Shown here piece by piece: positions 57,142 through 64,000 of a DNA stretch of 64,000 nt. The stretch comes from Eledone cirrhosa. Its lineage: Eukaryota. Position numbers and translations under genes: made by a program. Position 1 is the stretch's first letter; each line of letters starts with the position of its first letter. Under the pieces are notes generated by a model. That model made no database searches and was not told where the DNA came from. It was given only the letters and a program-made list of their open reading frames with translations. The stretch is taken from assembly GCA_964016885.1 (NCBI GenBank), contig OZ024755.1:10106001-10170000 (forward strand), read 5' to 3'.

Positions 57142-57484
57142 TTCTTTAAATTTTTTTATTCGTTTACTGGTTTCAGTTATTCGACTGAGGCCATGCTGGA
57201 GCACTGCCTTGATTTAGTCAATCATATCAACTCCAGTACTTCTTATTTTTTAAAGCGTGGTAAATATTTTATCGATCACTTTTTTGTTAAATACATAGCA
57301 AACGTTAAATACATAGCAAACGTTACTACACAAACAAACACACTCACACACATACATATGTATTTCCCAGGATCAATCGGAGGTGACCACAGTAAGTAAG
57401 GTACTTAATACATAGAGTATAAATATTTAACATCTAAGGGCTTCCTGATGATTTCTCCCGAATGTAGAGGTCATTTTCTCTCTT

Positions 57485-57521
<37 letters not shown>

Positions 57522-57990
57522 CATACACATTAATACATAATAGGCTTCTGCAGTTTCCATCTACCAGCTTTCCTTCGAGGTATTTGTTAACTTGAGAATA
57601 TAGTAGAGGGGACTGGACACAGAACCACGTGGCTGCGAAGTGAACTTCTTAAAAACACAAACATGAACCTCCTCTTACATCCCACCAAATTCCCCACTCA
57701 AATGGATATGTAAATATGCTTCAGAACAAACACTCAGCTCTACTTCACACCTTTTAAGTACCATCATTTAACGGGACGTGACACCAACCTTTTTCCTATT
57801 CTTTTGATAAATTACATATTTCTTGTTAGGTCTTGCATTTAAAACATAAAAAACAACAACATGTAAATGGGTGGGACCTTCTTTAAAAGAAAATATGTGT
57901 CTATATAAGACTATGTGGCTGATAACGATCTGGATGTCGACGTTTGAATTGAGGTCATTCCCAGCTCAGTTACTATTTCTGCAACACACA

Positions 57991-58042
<52 letters not shown>

Positions 58043-58631
58043 CGGACACATGTATATGTGCATACTTATGGGTGTATGTATATATATATATATATATATT
58101 TTATTTATAGAGAGATAAGCAGATAGATATGTGTATATTTGGTGTATTTGCGAGTATGTGTGCGTGTGTGGTGGGTATCAGAATGTATATGCGTGCGCAG
58201 TACCAATCGAGCTCCGATTGACCCCAATCCAAACTGACATCCCGACCCTTATCAGGCAACGCAGTTACATCTGGACAGTTTTTCTTAAGATCGCACCCAT
58301 TCTTAACTCAAGACCCGACAAGAAATATGTACTGTATAAATAAAACAATTCAGCTACATGTTGGATTGTTAATAAAATTAATAATCGTTTCTGATTTAGA
58401 CACAAGGCCAACAATTGTTTGGGGGTGGGGCAGAGAAAGTCGATTAAATCAACCCCAGTGCAATTACTGATTCTTTATTTTATCGACCCCGTAAAGATAA
58501 AAGGCAAAGCTCACATCAGCGAAATTTGAACTCAGAACGCATGCTCTCCGACGCTCTATCGATCCTGCCGATCCGCCACCTTGTTAATATCAATAATATA
58601 ATTTAATCCAAGTTTACCCGATTAGACATTG

Positions 58632-59035
58632 AGGAGAGAGATGGAGAGAGATATGGAGGGAGAGATGGAGAGAGAGAGAGAGAGATGGGGAGAGAGAGAG
58701 AGATGGGGAGAGAGAGAGATGGAGAGAGAGAGAGAGATGGAGAGAGAGAGAGAGATGGAGAGAGAGAGAGAGATGGAGAGAGATGGAGAGAGAGAGATGG
58801 AGAGATGGAGATGGAGAGATGGAGAGAGAGAGAGAGAGAAAGAGAGGGAGAGAGAGAGAGAAAGAGATGGAGAGAGAGAGAGAGATGGAGAGAGAGAGAG
58901 ATGGAGAGAGAGAGATGGAGAGAGAGAGATGGAGAGAGAGAGATGGAGAGATGGAGAGAGAGAGATGGAGAGAGAGAGAGAGATGGAGAGAGAGAGAGGG
59001 GGAGGGAGATGGAGATGGAGGGAGATGGAGAGAGA

Positions 59036-59070
<35 letters not shown>
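58632..59070. repeat. (GA)n/GATG polypurine satellite
   Basis: GAGATG(GA)n units; source of the MERE-type ORFs. Confidence 0.95.
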
Positions 59071-59073
<3 letters not shown>

Positions 59074-60164
59074 ATCGACTCCAGTATTGGACTGATACTT
59101 TATTCATATATTTTAATACGAGGCGTTCACTTGTAAAATCTCATTTGAATGCTTGCCAATTAAAATTGTTTTAAAGATACTTGATAATATCTATTTTATT
59201 ATATAATTTATAATAAGAAAAGGGAATAATGATATTTTATTTGTTATATTTGAAGGAATTGTTGGTTTAGGCAAGTCTACAATTGCAGATGTTTTAAACG
59301 AGAGATTAATTAGATATAAACAATATGTAGTTTTAATCATCGACCTCGAAAAGATTTGATCTCTGAAGACAGAGAACCGGAACAGAAACCATAAAACATT
59401 CTATGCAACGTTCTGACGACTCTGTTGATTCGCCGCCTTAACTATACAATCACACTATTTATACAAACATATTATTCAAGCTAAACAAAAATTTCCAGCA
59501 TCGATCAAATATTCGTTATTCAATTCGGAACAGTGACTTCTTTCAAACTTTCACGATAAATAAATAATAATTGTTTTTACCTTTGGCACAAGGCCAGCAA
59601 TTACCCAGTGCATTACTGGTACTTTATTTTATCGATCCCGTAAGGATGAAAGGCAGAGTTAACCTTGGTGGGATTTGAACTCAATGGAAAGGGCCATACT
59701 GAGTTCAAATCACGCCATTATTATCTATAAAGGCAAAGTTAAGCTTGGCGGGATTTGAACTCAGTATGGCCCTTTCCATTCTGAGTTCAAATCCCACCAA
59801 GGTTAACTTTGCCTTTCATCCTTACGGGGTCGATAAAATAAAGTACCAGTAATACACTGAGTAATTGCTGGCCTTGTGCCAAAAGTAGAAACAATTATTA
59901 TTTATTTATATTCATACACGGAACAAAAGCACTACCTAAGATTTCAAGGCGCGCCCAAATATGATTTCTAGTATAGGCACAAGGCCAGTAATATTGGGGG
60001 AGGAGTAAGTCGATTAAATCGACCCCAGTGCATTACTGGTGCTTTATTTTATAGACTCCGTAAGGATGAAAGGCAAAGTTAACCTCGGCGGGATTTGAAC
60101 TCAGACCGTAACTCTATGCTGCAAAGCATAGTGACCGACTCTATCGATACTACCAATCGACAGT

Positions 60165-60378
60165 CGATCGATTTTCGTCAAATCGGACCGAGGAATCAAT
60201 GTTTCCGTTGGTCTTTCCAATTGCTAATACTATCTATCGGCCGCAACTCCAGGTAGAAGGAGCAACGTGAAGTATAATGTCTTGCTCAAAGACATAACGC
60301 ATCACCCGGTCCAGGAATCGAACTCTCAACTTCACGATTGTGTATCCAATTCTCTTACCACTCAGCCACGCGCCTTCA
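60165..60378 (-). mobile_element. Composite SINE: tRNA head + CORE-like block + hairpin-containing tail
   Basis: Minus strand GAAGGCGCGTGGCTGAGTGG..GAGTTCGATTCC..TTTGAGCAAGACA..GAGTTGCGGCCGATAG..GACCAACGGAAACATTG. Sisters at 36505-36690 and 51395-51550. Confidence 0.75.
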
Positions 60379-60420
60379 ATACTCCCAATCCAACGCCGTA
60401 AAGCCCGACCAAATATAATA

Positions 60421-60453
60421 TCTTCCCGATTGAACAATATTTTCTACACACAC

Positions 60454-60502
<49 letters not shown>

Positions 60503-61365
60503 CGCTATGTGTGTGTGCGCTATGGGGGTGACACCAGTTTTTCACTATGCAGGTGGACATTACATCGTCCCGTCTTGGGGGCTCGTCCCGGCTTGGGGGC
60601 TCGACCCGGCTTGGGGGCTCGGCCCGGCTAGGGGCTCGACCCGGCTAGGGGCTCGACCCGGCTAGGGGCTCGGCCCGGCTAGGGGCTCGACCCGGCTAGG
60701 GGCTCCACCCGGCTAGGGGCTCCACCCGGCTAGGGGCTCGACCCGGCTAGGGGCTCGACCCGGCTCTGGGCTCGACCCGGCTCTGGGCTCGACCCGGCTT
60801 GGGGCTCGACCCGGCTATGGGCGACCCGCGTAGGGGCTCGACCCGGCTAGGGGCTCGTCCCGGCTAGGGGCTCGACCCGGCTAGGGGCTCGACCCGGCTA
60901 GGGGCTCGACCCGGCTAGGGGCTCGACCCGGCTAGGGGCTCGTCCCGGCTAGGGGCTCGACCCGGCTAGGGGCTCGACCCGACTTGGGGCTCGACCCGGC
61001 TAGGGGCTCGACCCGGCTAGTGGCTCGACCCGGCTAGTGGCTCGACCCGGCTTGGGGCTCGACCCGGCTAGGGTGAAACCAGTGCTTCACTATGCAGGTG
61101 GACACCAGTTTTTCACTATTCAGGTGGACATTACATCGTCCCGTCTTGGGGACTCGTCCCGTCTTGGGGGCTCGACCCGGCTAGGGGCTCGACCCGACTG
61201 GGTGCACGTCCCGACTAGGGGCTCGACCAGGGTACGGGCTCGACCCGGCTAGGGGCTCGACCCGGCTTGGGGCTCGACCCGGCTCGGGGATCGACCCGGC
61301 TAGGGGCTCGACCCGGCTATGGGCTCGACCCGGCTATGAAAAATGAAAACACTGCTCAATCGGGA

Positions 61366-61368
<3 letters not shown>
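60421..61368. mobile_element. TA-flanked TIR element containing a CpG-rich 17-bp tandem array
   Basis: TIRs TCTTCCCGATTGAACAATATTTTC / GAAAACACTGCTCAATCGGGAAGA (21/24 match) with TA on both sides; internal (GGGGCTCGACCCGGCTA)n. Confidence 0.75.
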
Positions 61369-61399
<31 letters not shown>

Positions 61400-61640
61400 A
61401 AAATATGCTTCGTAGAATCAAGACGTATCCGAGGAACTTGCGATTTTCAGAGTCAGGTTCGATCATCACATCGATCGTGCCTCGAGCTGGTCGCCAGAGA
61501 AACGATTGTAATATGTCCAATAAATTACATTCATCGCAACACTGATTCTCTTTTTTTTCTGTGATATCATACTCTGCTCTATGAGAGCATCGAGTGCTCA
61601 AACGATCTACCGCATACGGACGCTTTAAGCATCCAACACC

Positions 61641-61683
<43 letters not shown>

Positions 61684-63038
61684 TACATTCTTTTATTTCA
61701 TTACATGAAAGATGAACTGGTGTCAAATACTTTGTTTACTCAACCATTTCGTCTCGACATGAACACCAACAGTGAATATTTTTTTAATGCGCAGTCAATA
61801 AACCGATTTTGTTTTTCGAGAATGTTTATGTTCTTTAACACTTCAACGTAAAATCACATGAAAAAAGTTACAGAAAGAGTAAAATTTTGGATTTTGAAAT
61901 TTACAGTCCATACCTCTGTAGGCTTATCTGGCTTCCTTCAAATGCTGCTCAAATCTATGTAGGTTTAAGTGACCTCATACAAACTTGCATCTTATATGAG
62001 GTTTCTCAATGGTGACCTACCTGCGCAAGAAAAAAAAAAAATGAAAGACATTTACTTTAACAATTTTCAGCGATCGGTAGAAGGTCGGACGCCCCTCTAT
62101 GGTCTGAGTTCAAATCCCGCCGAGGTTAACTTTGCCTTTCATTCTTAGGGGGTCGATAAAACAAAGTACCAGTAATGTACTGAGATAATTGCTGGCCTTC
62201 TGCCAATAGTGGAAACAATTATTTGTGAGAGTACATGTATTGGTATCAAATCCGACATTCAGGGGGTATGAAAATATGAGCCGATTGTCAGATCAGAGCA
62301 AAGAAACAATGTTTCCATTGCTCTCCGAAGGAGCCATTAAGGCTAAAGCGTGCATGTTGGACCTCCGTCGGTTACGACGACAAGTGTTTGAGTTGTTCGA
62401 AAAGCTGTATAGCATTTGCGGAAAATTAACGTGCATGTGAGAGAGCATTCCACAGAAAGGTGCACCTTTAATGTAATTCTTAGGGAGATCCAACGTAAGA
62501 CTGAATGACAAACCTGGGTTTTTTTTTTGTTACAAACACGACTTATTTTTTCAACAGAGTGCAGTGGAGCGACATGAAATAAATTGCCTTGCTCAAGGAC
62601 ATAACACACCACATGGTTTAGATAACGAATTTACGACCTTATTACAGTAAATCCATAACCTCTAAACCACATATTTTATATGAGGCCTGAACTATTGTCT
62701 ACGGCAGGTACGCCATGGTCTACGGCAGGTACGCCATGGTCTACTGCACAACGTCGTATTATTTTCAGTTGTAACAATCTGAAATTTCTTTCTATCAGGT
62801 AAACAAACAAACAAGTTATTGCTGACATTATTTAAGATATGATGCAATAAACCAACAGAAACACTGTATATACTTACGTAAATGTCAAATATTTAAAAAT
62901 TATTTTTAAGGTTAAATTTAGGGGTCGACCATGACATGAATATTAATTTGAAGGGATGAAATTCAGATTACAACAAAATACATATCAAGCAGAAACCTAA
63001 ATGGACTAGATGAAACACACACACACAAATATATATAT

Positions 63039-63409
63039 CAGGGGCGGTGGAACTGGGTGGGCAGAGGGCCATGGGCCTCCCAATAATTATATTTCTCTCT
63101 CCAAACTAGCAAAACACATCTATTTGTATATGCGCCACAATTTATGTACATGTTATGTAGAGACAGATGGGAGAGATAGATATAGATAGAGAGGGGGAGA
63201 GTTTGGTGGTAATTGATATATAGAGGGGGCTTGGGAGGGAGTGTTGTATATTAGATATAGAGAGGGGCAGAGTTTGGTGTTATTTGATGTAGAGAGGGAG
63301 ATTAGAAGAGATATTTTCTCCCCAAACTACCAAAACACACATTTATTTGGATATGCGCTAAACTAATCACGACAAGTAAATTGTCCAAATCTGTCCCCCA
63401 CCGCTCCTG
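63039..63409 (+). mobile_element. Non-autonomous DNA transposon (hAT-like)
   Basis: TIRs CAGGGGCGGTGG / CCACCGCTCCTG; same family as 42028-42590. Confidence 0.65.
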
Positions 63410-63417
63410 TATGTGTA

Positions 63418-63470
<53 letters not shown>

Positions 63471-63473
<3 letters not shown>

Positions 63474-63900
63474 CAGGAGTACCCGGCGTTGCCCGGATTA
63501 AAGAAAATTTTGAAATTTTATTCAAAACTTGATATATTTTCTTAATACTTATTGTGATTATATTATTGGCATAACAAATTCTGGGAGATCAACAACAATA
63601 ATAAATTTGAAATAAAAAAAACACAAAAGTAAATTATGATAGAATTTGGTAAATTTTTAGAACACACTCTTGATTTTTGTTGGAAATAATTATATTTCTT
63701 TGTCTGTGAGATATCAATTAATCTCATCCCTAACTATGTTGCAAACGATTTTTCTCCGGAAAACGGAAGAGAGGGCAGACCCTCGGACTTTTCTCTCCCA
63801 TGGAATTTTTTATAAAAAAAAAATTAGTTTTCTTTCATAAAATTCCCTAACCCAAACGTTTTTTTTTCAAAATAGAGACGGATATTTTTCGGAAAGGGGG
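63471..63900 (+). mobile_element. Helitron/Helentron-associated non-autonomous element, 5' part
   Basis: TAGCAGGAGTACCCGGCGTTGCCCGG terminal hairpin typical of HINE/DINE-like elements; right boundary uncertain. Confidence 0.45.
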
Positions 63901-64000
63901 CAGATACAGTAAAAATCTCAACAGCTACGTGGTTGCTTGACATGCGAGAAATAGCAGCCAAATCTTTACGTTTTTTGAAAGAGGAATTGTTTTTGCATGA

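Noticed and set aside
58622-59174. MERE/SLSL repeat ORFs
   Set aside because: Translations of a (GA)n/GATG satellite.
60566-61337. Bacterial contamination, CRISPR or coding repeat
   Set aside because: The 17-bp unit is not a multiple of 3, has no spacers, and is embedded within TIRs and host-type microsatellites.

Overview
AT-rich eukaryotic genomic DNA with no intact protein-coding gene. It is saturated with (TA)n/(CA)n/(GA)n microsatellites and tRNA-derived SINEs, and the repeat repertoire suggests an octopod cephalopod genome (inference, not verified). Nearly all long ORFs in the supplied track are microsatellite translations. Supportable content: (1) two identical intact tRNA-Ser(AGA) genes (6375-6456, 21552-21633) sharing a conserved 39-bp upstream flank, plus an inverted truncated third copy; (2) an orphan, 3'-truncated exon matching the Shroom ASD2/SD2 domain (9628-9750); (3) two L1/Tx1-clade LINE 3' ends, both sitting in (TCTA)n; (4) several RTE-like LINE ends, one with a twin-priming-type 5' inversion; (5) a decayed hAT transposase and several MITEs, including a TA-flanked TIR element filled with a CpG-rich 17-bp array; (6) many fold-back hairpins, several carrying minimal hammerhead-ribozyme-like cores typical of Penelope-like element pLTRs; (7) short unique islands with RFX X-box, YY1, ETS, CRE and CCAAT motifs. 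All calls were made by eye and boundaries of decayed repeats are approximate.
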